Source of the DNA: Methanobacteriota archaeon
GTDB lineage: Archaea; JAADCQ01; Methanopyri; Methanopyrales; Methanopyraceae
Direction: 5' to 3'
DNA: 64,000 nt
NCBI GenBank assembly: GCA_027064425.1
Contig: JAMOPO010000015.1
Span: 128,001-192,000, forward strand
Position 1 is the stretch's first letter, and each line of letters begins with the position of its first letter. This document shows positions 1 to 9,317 of this stretch, in pieces. The notes beneath the pieces are model-generated. The model worked only from the letters and a program-made list of their open reading frames with translations, had not been told where the DNA came from and searched no databases. A program made the position numbers and the translations under genes.

Positions 1-493
1 CGTGCTCGAGAACAACCTCCGGGTGGCGGGCCTGGGGAGGGGGTTCGACGCCGTCGTGATCTCGCACGAGCATTGGGATCACACGGGCGGCCTGGGGGCG
101 GTGGAGGCGGAGCGAGTGGTGAAACCGGGCGGGGACGAGGTGGACCTGCTCGACGGTGCGATCGTGGCGACGAGGACGTTCGAGGGGGAGTACGAGGGCG
201 AGCCGATGCCTGAGCGGTCGCTTATCGTCGGCGACTTGGCCCTGATCGGGTGCTGCCACTTCCGGCTGGAGGAGCTGCTGGAGGAGTACGAGCCCAGGAT
301 GGTGCTGGGCGGCCTCCACCTGATGGGCCGACCGAGGAGGGAGCTGGATCGGGTGGTGGAGGCGCTGCTGGATCACGGGGTCCGGCGGGTATTCCCGTGC
401 CACTGCACGGGGATCCCGGAGTCCTCCTACCTGGCGAACCGGGTGGGTGGGGAGCCGGGGTACGTGCCCATGGAGCTGCGGGTGGAGCTGTGA
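1..493 (+). CDS. MBL-fold metallo-hydrolase (5'-partial)
   Basis: SHEHWDHTGG, GCCH, GGLHL and PCHCTG motifs. Confidence 0.85.
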   Translation, partial: VLENNLRVAGLGRGFDAVVISHEHWDHTGGLGAVEAERVVKPGGDEVDLLDGAIVATRTFEGEYEGEPMPERSLIVGDLALIGCCHFRLEELLEEYEPRMVLGGLHLMGRPRRELDRVVEALLDHGVRRVFPCHCTGIPESSYLANRVGGEPGYVPMELRVEL

Positions 494-550
494 CGGTCCC
501 CTAAGGGACGCCTCCCCATCGGGAGTCGGGCCCCGCCCAGTCCGGTCATC

Positions 551-612
551 CCGCCTCGGACACCGCCGTTCCGGTCATCAAGTCCCCAGTGGGGGCGTCT
601 CATCATCGGCGG
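551..612 (-). ncRNA. C/D box sRNA
   Basis: Minus strand: ccgcc-gATGATGA-gacgcccccactg-GGGA-ctTGATGA-ccggaacggcggtgt-CCGA-ggcgg, with a 5-bp terminal stem. Confidence 0.7.
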
Positions 613-646
613 AAGCAGGGGGTGCGGGCGCGAGGCGGTTCGAGAC

Positions 647-750
647 GCGCCGGATGATTCGAGCTCGCGGGATTGTCAGCCGCCGCGGTACGTGCCCGAT
701 CATCCGGCGCTCCCGTCACGAGCGGCAGGCCTCATCATCACGTCCCGACC
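647..750 (-). ncRNA. Possible second C/D-like or structured sRNA
   Basis: TGATGATGA at about 732-740 and CTGA at 676-679 on the minus strand; 12-bp perfect inverted repeat at 647-658/699-710. Confidence 0.35.
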
Positions 751-768
751 CGAGTCCGGCCCGTCCGG

Positions 769-2079
769 CTAGCTCACCTCGATCCGGGCGATGAAGAAGC
801 CGTCGGTCTGATGCAGGTGGGGCCAGGTGCGCCGGGCCTCGGGCATCCGGATGCCCGGGGAGGCCCAGTCTAGGGGCGGCTTGCGCAGTTCCGCGTCCGG
901 GTACCTACGGAGCAGCCGCTCGATCAGGCGCTCGTTCTCGGTCAGGGTGATCGAGCACGTGGAGTAGACGATCCGACCGCCGGGCTTGACGAGCTTCATC
1001 GCGGTCTTGAGCAGGTCCCACTGCAGGTGGGACCACTTGGTCGGCTGCCCGGTCGTGTCGATGTCCCACCGCTTCTCGGGCTTGGAGTACACGGAGCCGG
1101 TGCCCGTGCACGGCGGGTCCACGAGGACGAGGTCCGCGAAGTGCTCGCCGAACTGCTCGGGCGCGTCCCGGGCGTCCATTCGGTAGGTCTCCACGATGTC
1201 GTCAGTGTGGAACTGCTTGACGCGCTTCTGCAGCGTCTTGAACCGCTTCGGGTGCATATCGATGGCGATGATCTCGCCCTCGCCCTCCATGAGCTGCGCC
1301 ATGTGCGTGGTCTTGCCGCCCGGGGCCGCGCACAGGTCGACCACGGTCATCCCCGGCTCCGGCTCGGCCGCGTGGGCCACGGCCGCCGACGCCTTCGTCT
1401 GCGGGAAGACCATGCCCTCCTCGAACTCCGGGGTCCGGATCACCGGGGTGTCCGCGGACACGATGCGGAGGACGTCCGGCAGGTCCTCGTCCTCCTCCGC
1501 CTCGATGCCGTGCCGCTCGAGCCGCTCGATGGCCTCGTCGGTGTCCGCGACGAGGGTGTTCACGCGGACGTAGCGCTCGGGGGTGCCGTTGCAGGCCTCC
1601 AGGAAGCGGCGCAGCTCGGCGAGGTTGCGGAAGGCGGGTCGAACGAGCTCCACGTACCACTTCGGGAAGTTGTGCTCGGCGGCCAGCCGGGCCAGCGGGT
1701 CGGTGATCCGCCGGATCACCATGTCCGGATCCACGTCCTCAACCTGCCGGAGGATCGCGTTGGCGAAGTCCGCGTCCTTGCGTCCCAGCCGGTCCTTGAC
1801 GATGTCGACCACGACCTTGGTCACGGGGCCTGGGTGCTCGCCGCGCCAGTGGATCTCCCAGGTGCCGACGCGGAGGGCGTTGCGGAGGACGGGGTGGAGC
1901 TCCTCGACCGTCGTCCCCTTCAGCACCTCGTTGAGCACGAGGTCCACGTTGCCCAGCACGCGGAGGAGATCGTGGGCTAGCGCCTGAATGAACCGGCGCT
2001 TGGAGCCCGTGACGTCCTGGAGGACGTTGCGGAGGGCGGCCTTCAGCGAGTGCTTGTTCCGCTCCATGTCGAGGAGCAC
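769..2079 (-). CDS. RsmB/NOL1/NOP2 RNA m5C methyltransferase with NusB-like N-terminus
   Basis: DLCAAPGGKT, LVDPPCTGTG, VYSTCS, TDGFFIA motifs; start uncertain. Confidence 0.92.
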   Translation of the reverse strand: MLLDMERNKHSLKAALRNVLQDVTGSKRRFIQALAHDLLRVLGNVDLVLNEVLKGTTVEELHPVLRNALRVGTWEIHWRGEHPGPVTKVVVDIVKDRLGRKDADFANAILRQVEDVDPDMVIRRITDPLARLAAEHNFPKWYVELVRPAFRNLAELRRFLEACNGTPERYVRVNTLVADTDEAIERLERHGIEAEEDEDLPDVLRIVSADTPVIRTPEFEEGMVFPQTKASAAVAHAAEPEPGMTVVDLCAAPGGKTTHMAQLMEGEGEIIAIDMHPKRFKTLQKRVKQFHTDDIVETYRMDARDAPEQFGEHFADLVLVDPPCTGTGSVYSKPEKRWDIDTTGQPTKWSHLQWDLLKTAMKLVKPGGRIVYSTCSITLTENERLIERLLRRYPDAELRKPPLDWASPGIRMPEARRTWPHLHQTDGFFIARIEVS

Positions 2080-2125
2080 GTCGATGAGCCGCTCGATGAC
2101 GAAGCGGATGGGGAGGGGGACCCCC

Positions 2126-3643
2126 TTACTCCGGTGGGATGGTCATCAGGCGCTCCCGAGCCTTCTTCGGCCCGAGCCGCTTCACCGTCCGGCTGTACGC
2201 GTAGTAGAAGATGAACGGTCCCGGCACCATCAGCACGATCCACCAGTAGAAGCTCTGCGGGTCGCTGATCGCGATCTCGCCCAGGAACAGCAGGCTCAGC
2301 ACCGTGCCGATGGCTCCCAGCCACGGGATAGCGCGCTTGGTCTTGTCGCCGAGCGGCGCCTTCTCGTAGATCTCCGGCCTCACGAACTTCCAGACGACGC
2401 CCGTCATGCAGATGAACAGGTACGTGAACAGCAGCGCCACCGTCGTGATGTCCACGGCCTGCAGGAACTCTCCGACCGTCCAGACGAGCACGACGGAGGC
2501 GATCATCAGGATCGTGAGCGCCCAGTGCGGCGTCCCGAACCGCCGGTGGACCTTGGCGATGAACTTCGGGAACATGCCGTCGTAGGCCCAGGCGAACGTC
2601 ATCCGGCTCGTCGACAGGAACATCGGCGGCAGGTCGCTCAGCAGGGCGATCGCGGCCACGAACGCCACGTACCCGGCCAGCGCCGACCCCCAGCTCGGTG
2701 ACAGGGTCTTCAGGACCGGCGCGATGGCCTCGGGCACCGTGAAGTTCGAGCCCGCCTTCTTCGCCAGCACGGCCTTGGCGTAGATGTATTCCCACGGCAC
2801 CGCGTGGTACACGGCGGCCGAGTACAGCAGGTAGTACGCCGTGATGATGCCCAGCGCGATCAGCATCCCTCTGAACACCGTCTTCTCCGGGTTCTTGACC
2901 TCACCAGCCGCCTGCGTGCCCGTCTCGAAGCCCACGTACGCGAACACCAGCGTGGCCGCGGCCGAGAAGATCGCGCTCAGCGATCCCGTGTTCTTCGGTA
3001 GACCGCCCGCCTGCGCGACCAGCGACTTGACCGCCGAGCTGCCTCCGATGGCCTTCAGCGTGAGCTCCGGTGAGCCCGCGAAGCCCGCGGCAACCACGAT
3101 CGCGAAGCCCGTCAAGAGGATGAAGAACATCGTGTCGACCACAACCTCGTAGATGCGGATACCCAGGACGTTAACGAGCCACGTGAAGATGATGATCGCC
3201 GTGGCCACCTCCAGCGTGTGCGAGTTCAGCCACTTGGCCGCGCCCGGCGCGCCCCAGAACTTGCACATGGCCGCGAGCAGGGCCACGTCACCGATGGCGA
3301 TCGCCACGAACGCGCCGATCTCGCCCACGAACCGGCTCCAGGAGCTGAAGAAGGCCAGGAACGGGTCGAACAGCCGGCTCACGTAGGTGTAGTGCCCTCC
3401 GGCCCGGGGTACCGCCGCGCTCAGGGCCCCCGCCACCGAGCCAGCGATCAGGCTCGGGATCGCGCCGATCAGGAACGCGAGCGGGACGTAGGGACCGACT
3501 CCCGGCGCCTTCGCCTGAACCATGCACGTCAGGACGTTGATGCCACCACCGATCACCGTGCAGCATATGGTCGAGACGAACCCGAGCATCGTCAGCTCTC
3601 GTCGTAGTCCCGCCTTCTCACGCTTCACCTCCTCTTCTGCCAA
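2126..3643 (-). CDS. APC family amino acid permease
   Basis: About 12 TM segments; PRAGGHYTY, FAYVGFE, EVKNP motifs. Confidence 0.92.
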   Translation of the reverse strand: MAEEEVKREKAGLRRELTMLGFVSTICCTVIGGGINVLTCMVQAKAPGVGPYVPLAFLIGAIPSLIAGSVAGALSAAVPRAGGHYTYVSRLFDPFLAFFSSWSRFVGEIGAFVAIAIGDVALLAAMCKFWGAPGAAKWLNSHTLEVATAIIIFTWLVNVLGIRIYEVVVDTMFFILLTGFAIVVAAGFAGSPELTLKAIGGSSAVKSLVAQAGGLPKNTGSLSAIFSAAATLVFAYVGFETGTQAAGEVKNPEKTVFRGMLIALGIITAYYLLYSAAVYHAVPWEYIYAKAVLAKKAGSNFTVPEAIAPVLKTLSPSWGSALAGYVAFVAAIALLSDLPPMFLSTSRMTFAWAYDGMFPKFIAKVHRRFGTPHWALTILMIASVVLVWTVGEFLQAVDITTVALLFTYLFICMTGVVWKFVRPEIYEKAPLGDKTKRAIPWLGAIGTVLSLLFLGEIAISDPQSFYWWIVLMVPGPFIFYYAYSRTVKRLGPKKARERLMTIPPE

Positions 3644-3665
3644 CTCGATGACCCTGCGACGTCTA

Positions 3666-3696
3666 GAATTCGGTCGTAGTTTTATTGAATTCGGTC
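3666..3696 (-). promoter_or_regulatory. Permease promoter with two direct repeats flanking an AT-rich box
   Basis: GAATTCGGTC at 3666-3675 and 3687-3696 around TTTTATT. Confidence 0.55.
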
Positions 3697-3701
3697 AGCC
3701 G

Positions 3702-4298
3702 TTAGGATTCGGATTTATTCTCACTAAGAAGTCCGCGGGACTTCAGCAACCGGTAGGCCTTGCGTACGGCTTTCCTGATCTTATCCCGGTGCCCCAGCCC
3801 GCCCAGCGCCTTGGCGGCCTTCCGAATGCTGCCGCACTCGATCAGCAGCTCCAGCAGCTCCCGCTCGCGCGGCGAGAGCGGGATGTCCTCCTCCAGCGCC
3901 TTCTTGGCGATCTCGAGCGGGTCGTGACCGTCGTAGGGCAGGTGCTCCGACAGGATGGGCTCGTCGAACTTCTCCACCCACTCGAACTCGATGATCGTCA
4001 CGATGTCGTCGTCCTTAAGGTCCGGGTAGTGCTCCTTCAGCGCCTTGATCAGCTCCTCCCGGTTCTCGAACCCGTCCAGCTTGGCGTCCCGATCGGTCAA
4101 CTCGCTGACCTTCTTCGTCCGGACGTCCGTGATCCGGACCTTGCCGTACACGTACCCACCGCAGTGCAGGAAGACCACCTTGCCCGGCCGCGCGCCCCTG
4201 ACGTGGCCCACGCGGATGGTGGCCTTCTTCTCGCCCCTCAGCAGCTTGTCCTTGTACTCACCGCTGATCTCCAGGTGCTTGGAAATACCGTAGGTCAT
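3702..4298 (-). CDS. ASCH domain protein with C-terminal HTH-like region
   Basis: GEKKATIR and DAKLDGF ASCH motifs; GSIRKAAKALG. Confidence 0.85.
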   Translation of the reverse strand: MTYGISKHLEISGEYKDKLLRGEKKATIRVGHVRGARPGKVVFLHCGGYVYGKVRITDVRTKKVSELTDRDAKLDGFENREELIKALKEHYPDLKDDDIVTIIEFEWVEKFDEPILSEHLPYDGHDPLEIAKKALEEDIPLSPRERELLELLIECGSIRKAAKALGGLGHRDKIRKAVRKAYRLLKSRGLLSENKSES

Positions 4299-4340
4299 GG
4301 GGAGAGGGGCCCCGGCAGCGTGGTTGGAGTTAGCGCGAGG

Positions 4341-4952
4341 CTAGCGCGGCGGCGGGCCCTCGAAGTCCTCCGGGTCGTACTCGAACTCTTCGTCCTCCTC
4401 CAGCCGCCCCAGCTTCTTCAGCAGCTCGCGCGCCAGCAGCCAGTAGACCAGCGCCAGCGCCTTCCGTCCCTTGTTGTTCGTCGGGATCGCCAGGTCCACG
4501 TTACCCGTGAAGTTGTCCGTGTCGCACAGTGCCACGATCGGGATGCCCACGCTCTGCGCCTCCACCAGCGCCTGGAAGTCGGCTCGTGGGTCCGTCAGCA
4601 CGATGATCTCCGGCTCCACGTAACCGTCGTACTCCGGGTTCGTCAGCGTTCCCGGCACGAACCGGCCCGGGATGGCCATCGCGCCCGTCGCCTCGGCGAA
4701 CTTGGTGATCGGCTTCTGACCGTAGTACCGCCGGGACACGACCAGGATCTCGTCCGTGTTGTACATCGAGAGGAAGTTGGCCGCGATCCGGATCCGCTCG
4801 TCCGTCTTCCTCACGTCGATCACGTGCAGCCCGTCGGGCCGCGTCCGGTAGATGAACGGCTCCATGTCCTTCGTCTTCTGCTGCGTGCCGATGTGCACGC
4901 CGGCCGCCAGGTAGTCGTTCAGCGGCACCAGCAGGTCGTCGTCCTCGGCCAA
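4341..4952 (-). CDS. rps2: 30S ribosomal protein S2
   Basis: [28 protein letters not shown]. Confidence 0.98.
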   Translation of the reverse strand: MAEDDDLLVPLNDYLAAGVHIGTQQKTKDMEPFIYRTRPDGLHVIDVRKTDERIRIAANFLSMYNTDEILVVSRRYYGQKPITKFAEATGAMAIPGRFVPGTLTNPEYDGYVEPEIIVLTDPRADFQALVEAQSVGIPIVALCDTDNFTGNVDLAIPTNNKGRKALALVYWLLARELLKKLGRLEEDEEFEYDPEDFEGPPPR

Positions 4953-4989
4953 GGGTTCTCACCCCCAGACCACGGTACCGTTACGGCCT

Positions 4990-5181
4990 TTACATCTCCA
5001 CCTCGATCGCGCCCTCGGGACAGGCCTGCTCGCACAGACCGCAGCCCGTGCACTCGTCCTCGTTCGCGACGACCGGCTTATCGTCTTCCTCCTCGAGCAC
5101 GTCCATTGGGCAGGCCTCGATGCACTCCCCGCACTCGGACACGCCCAGGCACGACTCGTGGTCGATGACCGGCCTCGGCAT
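4990..5181 (-). CDS. 2[4Fe-4S] ferredoxin
   Basis: Two Cys-rich cluster motifs, including CTGCGLCEQACP. Confidence 0.92.
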   Translation of the reverse strand: MPRPVIDHESCLGVSECGECIEACPMDVLEEEDDKPVVANEDECTGCGLCEQACPEGAIEVEM

Positions 5182-5195
5182 GCCCCTTGCACCCC

Positions 5196-5378
5196 TCAGC
5201 GCTCCCTGATGACTACGACTGGAATGACCCCCCTCTCGAACTCCTTTTTAGCGATTTCCAGCGGGCTCTCGCCCTCCTCAACCTCCACCATCACCGGCGA
5301 CCCCATCGAGATCTGCAGGGCCCGCGCGCCCAGGATTCGCGTCACCTCGAACCTCGTCAGCTCCTCCATGCGCTCCAT
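5196..5378 (-). CDS. rpoK: RNA polymerase subunit Rpo6 (K)
   Basis: LTRFEVTRILGARALQISMG; start approximate. Confidence 0.95.
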   Translation of the reverse strand: MERMEELTRFEVTRILGARALQISMGSPVMVEVEEGESPLEIAKKEFERGVIPVVVIRER

Positions 5379-5506
5379 CTCCACGCCCCCCGGACGGCAG
5401 CCCGTGAACATGAGTGCACGAGTCGTGAACCCAGTCTCCCCTCGAGAACGCGATACGGTCAACTATCGATAGGGTCCGGCGACCCGGCGAGGGGACGCCG
5501 GGCGAG

Positions 5507-6613
5507 TTGCGTGACGGGTTCGAGGTGGACCCGGCGGAGCTGCTCCGGGATCTCGTGGCCACGCCCAGCGTGACGGGGCGGGAGGACGACGTTCGGGACC
5601 TGGTTGTCGAGGTCCTGGACGAGCACGGCGTCCCTCACGAGGTGGACGAGATGGGCAACGTCCTGGCCGGCGAGCGGGGAGGCGTGCTGCTCAACGCGCA
5701 CATGGACACCGTTCCCGCCGGGGACGGATGGACGGTCACCGATCCCTACGAGCCGCGCGTCGTCGGCGGTCGACTGTACGGGCGCGGGGCCGCGGACTGC
5801 AAGGGCGGGCTGGCCGCGGCCGTGTCGGCGGTGGTCGAGGCGAACTACGAGGGGCTGCCGCTCTGCCTGCTGGCGACCGTGGGCGAGGAGTCCCCGAGGG
5901 AGGACGATAACGGCACACTGCACGCGTGCCGCAGAGGTCTGGACGCGCTGGGCGGCATCGTGTGCGAGCCCACGGACGAGGAGGTGCACGTGGGCGATCG
6001 GGGCAGGATCACGCTCGAGGTCGTCATCCGGGGTGAGAGCGCCCACGCGTCCACGCCCGAGAAGGGGAGGAACCCCATCGAGGCTGCGGCCAGGGTGGTG
6101 GAGGAGCTCTCCCGACTGGCACCGTCCCGGTGCCGGGTCCGCGGGGTGGGTCGCGTCGAGTCGTCGTTAAGCGTTACGCGCATCGAGGCGGGCGGACCCA
6201 GCAACGTGATCCCGGACGAGTGCCGGCTCACGGTGGACTACCGGGCCATCCCCGGGGACTCCGTGGAGGAGGTACGGGATCGCGTGGAGCGGGCCGCCCG
6301 CAGGGCCGCGCCCGGGTTCGACGTGGAGGTTAAGGTGAGGTCCGCCTCGCGGGCGACGGCGGTGGACCCGGACTCCCGGGTGGTCCGGTGGGTGGTGGAG
6401 GCGGCCCGCGAGGAGGGGCTCGAGGGGGAGCTGGGGTTCAAGCTCGGTCACTGTGACATCGAGTACCTAGTCCACGAGGCCGGGCTCGACTCCGTGATCT
6501 TCGGACCCCGGGGCGGGAACATTCACGGTCCGGACGAGTGGGTGGACGTGGAGAGCGTGCGGCGGTGCGCCCGGGTGTACCTCCGGGTGAGCGAGCGCGC
6601 GGCTCAGACCTGA
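5507..6613 (+). CDS. M20 family metallopeptidase/deacylase (ArgE/DapE-like)
   Basis: NAHMDTV, GRGAADCKGG, GEE, HGPDE. Confidence 0.9.
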   Translation: MRDGFEVDPAELLRDLVATPSVTGREDDVRDLVVEVLDEHGVPHEVDEMGNVLAGERGGVLLNAHMDTVPAGDGWTVTDPYEPRVVGGRLYGRGAADCKGGLAAAVSAVVEANYEGLPLCLLATVGEESPREDDNGTLHACRRGLDALGGIVCEPTDEEVHVGDRGRITLEVVIRGESAHASTPEKGRNPIEAAARVVEELSRLAPSRCRVRGVGRVESSLSVTRIEAGGPSNVIPDECRLTVDYRAIPGDSVEEVRDRVERAARRAAPGFDVEVKVRSASRATAVDPDSRVVRWVVEAAREEGLEGELGFKLGHCDIEYLVHEAGLDSVIFGPRGGNIHGPDEWVDVESVRRCARVYLRVSERAAQT

Positions 6614-7671
6614 TCGGGGACGAGTAGGTCGAGAACCAGCTCCTCGAACTCCTCTCGCATCCGCAGCGGGTCCGCCGCTGGGTAACCGAACTCGGCCTCG
6701 ATCTCCCGGCAGAAGCGGCGCACCTCGGACTCCGAGTGGCCCTTACCGTTGACGCTGATGAACTGAACCCGCGCCCCGGTGAGCATCGTGGCGACCTCCG
6801 CCGCGTCCTGGATCTTGTCCCGAAGCTCCGGCCGGGTGGCAAGGACCATCTTGTCCGGATCGCTGCCGAGGAGGATCGTGAGCGCCGCCAGCGCCCCGCC
6901 CCGGCCGGTCCCCACCTCCAGCGGGTCCGCGGTGACGCCCGTCTGGGCGCCCACCAGGATGACGTCCGGCTCGTACTCCTCGTCCAGCTTCTTCACCGCG
7001 CCGTACACCGTCCCGGCCGCGTGCGCCATGGGCAGGACCTGCGGGATCACCATCGCCTCGCAGCCCGTGAGCAGGCTGCTCGGCTCGGTGCCGACGCTCC
7101 GGACGTCGACGCCCTCCTTCTCCATCGTCTCGCGAATCACGTTGAGCGTGGTGAACTTGCCCGTCCGGCGCCCGGTCCCGACGATGGAGACGACCTCCGC
7201 ATCGATGCCCTCCTCGCGGGCCCGCATCCCGTACTCCAGGTACTGCAGGTACAGCTCCGGGTCGCTGGCGTCGAAGTACTCGACCCCGCGCTTGTGCGCC
7301 TCGAGCCTCCAGTTGGGGTCCTGGGAGACCATGTGCAGGCGGCCCATGTTGTACACGTTGACGCCCTTCGTCACCGCGAGGTCGATGACCTCCCGCCACC
7401 GGAGGTAGTGCTCGTCCTCGTCGAACACCTCCTTCGTCCAGATCAGCCACTCCGCCTCCTCCAGCAGCTCTTCGAGGTCCTCGAGCGGCCGGATCTCGAG
7501 CTCTTCCACGTCCTCGCCCGCCACCTCGGTGGTCTTCTTCCCCACCCGCTCGTCCCGGTAGTCACACACGCCAACGATCTCGATGTCGGAGAAGCGGAGA
7601 ATCCCCGCCGCGACCTTGGTGAACGGAACCAGCACGGCCTTGTCCACGCTGGGATGCTCCACGCCGATCAT
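6604..7671 (-). CDS. DUF1611-type P-loop protein
   Basis: IVGTGRRTGKFTT and ILLGSDPD; ATGA overlap with the DP1 stop. Confidence 0.7.
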   Translation of the reverse strand: MIGVEHPSVDKAVLVPFTKVAAGILRFSDIEIVGVCDYRDERVGKKTTEVAGEDVEELEIRPLEDLEELLEEAEWLIWTKEVFDEDEHYLRWREVIDLAVTKGVNVYNMGRLHMVSQDPNWRLEAHKRGVEYFDASDPELYLQYLEYGMRAREEGIDAEVVSIVGTGRRTGKFTTLNVIRETMEKEGVDVRSVGTEPSSLLTGCEAMVIPQVLPMAHAAGTVYGAVKKLDEEYEPDVILVGAQTGVTADPLEVGTGRGGALAALTILLGSDPDKMVLATRPELRDKIQDAAEVATMLTGARVQFISVNGKGHSESEVRRFCREIEAEFGYPAADPLRMREEFEELVLDLLVPDQV

Positions 7672-9290
7672 CCCCGGGGCTCGGTCTCCTCTAGATTGAC
7701 CACGGTCAGCCGCCGGCTCGGGTCCCGACCTCCCTTGCTCGGGTCGTACACTATAACCCTTCCCACGGTGGGCTCGATCCCGACCTTCCGCTGGAAGTCC
7801 GTCTGCTCCTGGAAAGTGGCGGTGGAGATCACGTCGCAGCCCCGCCAGTGGTGCAGCGCCTTGATGTGCGTGTGTCCCACGGCGAACACGTGCGGGAGCT
7901 TGTTCACCACCAGGTAATCCTCCGGGAGCGGGGCGATGGGCACGGACTCCCCGTACATCGGCACCAGGTGCCGGGCCCGGAGGCACGCCTCCGCCGCCCG
8001 ACGCACCCCGTTCGGGTCGTGCTCGGCGTCCGGCCGGCTCAGGATGATGTCGTCCAGCGACTGGCCGTGGAACATCAGGACGTCGAGCTCGCCGTGCAAC
8101 CGCACCAGGGCCGGGTTCGAGGGCAGGTGGACGCCGTCCAGCTCGGTCAGCGGCTGCGCCGGATCCGACGAGCGCAGGCTGGGCTGCGGCAGCGCCTGCC
8201 GGATCGCGTCGTGGTTGCCCGGGATGATCACAACCTCCACCCAGTCCGGAAACTCCTCCAGGTACCTCGCGAACCGCTCGTACTGTTGATCGATGTCCGG
8301 AATCTCCAGCTCGTCGCGCTGGCCGGGGTAGATGCCGATACCGTCCACCACGTCCCCGGTGACCAGAACGTACTTCACCCTGCCCGCGACGGGGTCGCTC
8401 GGGTCGTTCAGCCAGCGGATGAACCGCTCGAACAGGTCCTCCCGGAACCGCTTCGAGCCCACGTGCGTGTCTCCGATGAAGACCACCCGGATGTCGTCCT
8501 CGATCTTCGGCGCGCGGTTCTTCCGCGCCCCCTCGCCCGGGAGCACGATCTCCCCGTACTTATCCCCGACGAAGGCCACGAGCCCGCGCTGAATCTTGAC
8601 GAACGCCTTCACGCCGACGACCATTCCCGGGGCCACGTCACGCTCCACCTTCTCGAACGCCTCCGGAGCCTTGGACTTGGGCACGATCACCCGGATCTCG
8701 CCCGTCTCGTCCTCCAGCGTTATCACGTGAGCCCGCTCGGACCCACCCAGGTTCGTCACCACCCCCGCGAAGCAGTACACGCCCTCCTCCTTCCGGACCC
8801 TCATCGCCAGCTCCTTCAGCGAGTCCACCCACTCCTCGTCGAACATCCCGCGGATCTTCGGCCTGAGCCGCTCCAGCCGGTCCCGGAAGTGCTGAACGAA
8901 GCCCTCCACGCTGCCGTCCGCGGTCACGCTCTTGACCTCCTCGACGATCTCGACCTCCGCGTCCACCTCCGCCGCGGGCGGGGTCTCCGACCGCTGCTCC
9001 GCCCGGACCTCGACCTCCTCCCGGTCCTCCCGCTCGCCCTCCTCGGTTCTCTCCCGCTCTCGACCCCGCTCCAGGACCTCGTACACCTCGCCCTTGACAC
9101 CCTCGAGGAACTCGGGGTCCAGCTCGCCCGTGACCAGCTCCGCCGTGAGCACGGGCAAATCTATTTCATCGGCCCGCTCCAGCGCCTCCGGTGGGTCCTC
9201 GGACGATTCCAGCGCCTCCAGCGCCTCCGGGTCGAGCAGGACCCGGTGCTTCTTCGCCACCTCCCGGACCAGGTCCAGGCGCTCAGCCAC
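7668..9290 (-). CDS. polB: DNA polymerase D small (proofreading) subunit DP1
   Basis: DTHVGS, GDVVDGIGIYPGQ, PGNHD, FHG, GHTH phosphoesterase motifs. Confidence 0.96.
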   Translation of the reverse strand: MAERLDLVREVAKKHRVLLDPEALEALESSEDPPEALERADEIDLPVLTAELVTGELDPEFLEGVKGEVYEVLERGRERERTEEGEREDREEVEVRAEQRSETPPAAEVDAEVEIVEEVKSVTADGSVEGFVQHFRDRLERLRPKIRGMFDEEWVDSLKELAMRVRKEEGVYCFAGVVTNLGGSERAHVITLEDETGEIRVIVPKSKAPEAFEKVERDVAPGMVVGVKAFVKIQRGLVAFVGDKYGEIVLPGEGARKNRAPKIEDDIRVVFIGDTHVGSKRFREDLFERFIRWLNDPSDPVAGRVKYVLVTGDVVDGIGIYPGQRDELEIPDIDQQYERFARYLEEFPDWVEVVIIPGNHDAIRQALPQPSLRSSDPAQPLTELDGVHLPSNPALVRLHGELDVLMFHGQSLDDIILSRPDAEHDPNGVRRAAEACLRARHLVPMYGESVPIAPLPEDYLVVNKLPHVFAVGHTHIKALHHWRGCDVISTATFQEQTDFQRKVGIEPTVGRVIVYDPSKGGRDPSRRLTVVNLEETEPRG

Positions 9291-9317
9291 CTCCGGCTAC
9301 CCCCCGGGGTGAGGGTC

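Noticed and set aside
5446-5472. Weak look-alike of the 27-bp palindrome (also 26190-26214 and 33731-33760)
   Set aside because: Spacer is 8 rather than 9 bp and/or the arms have several mismatches; better explained as promoter or ordinary intergenic sequence.
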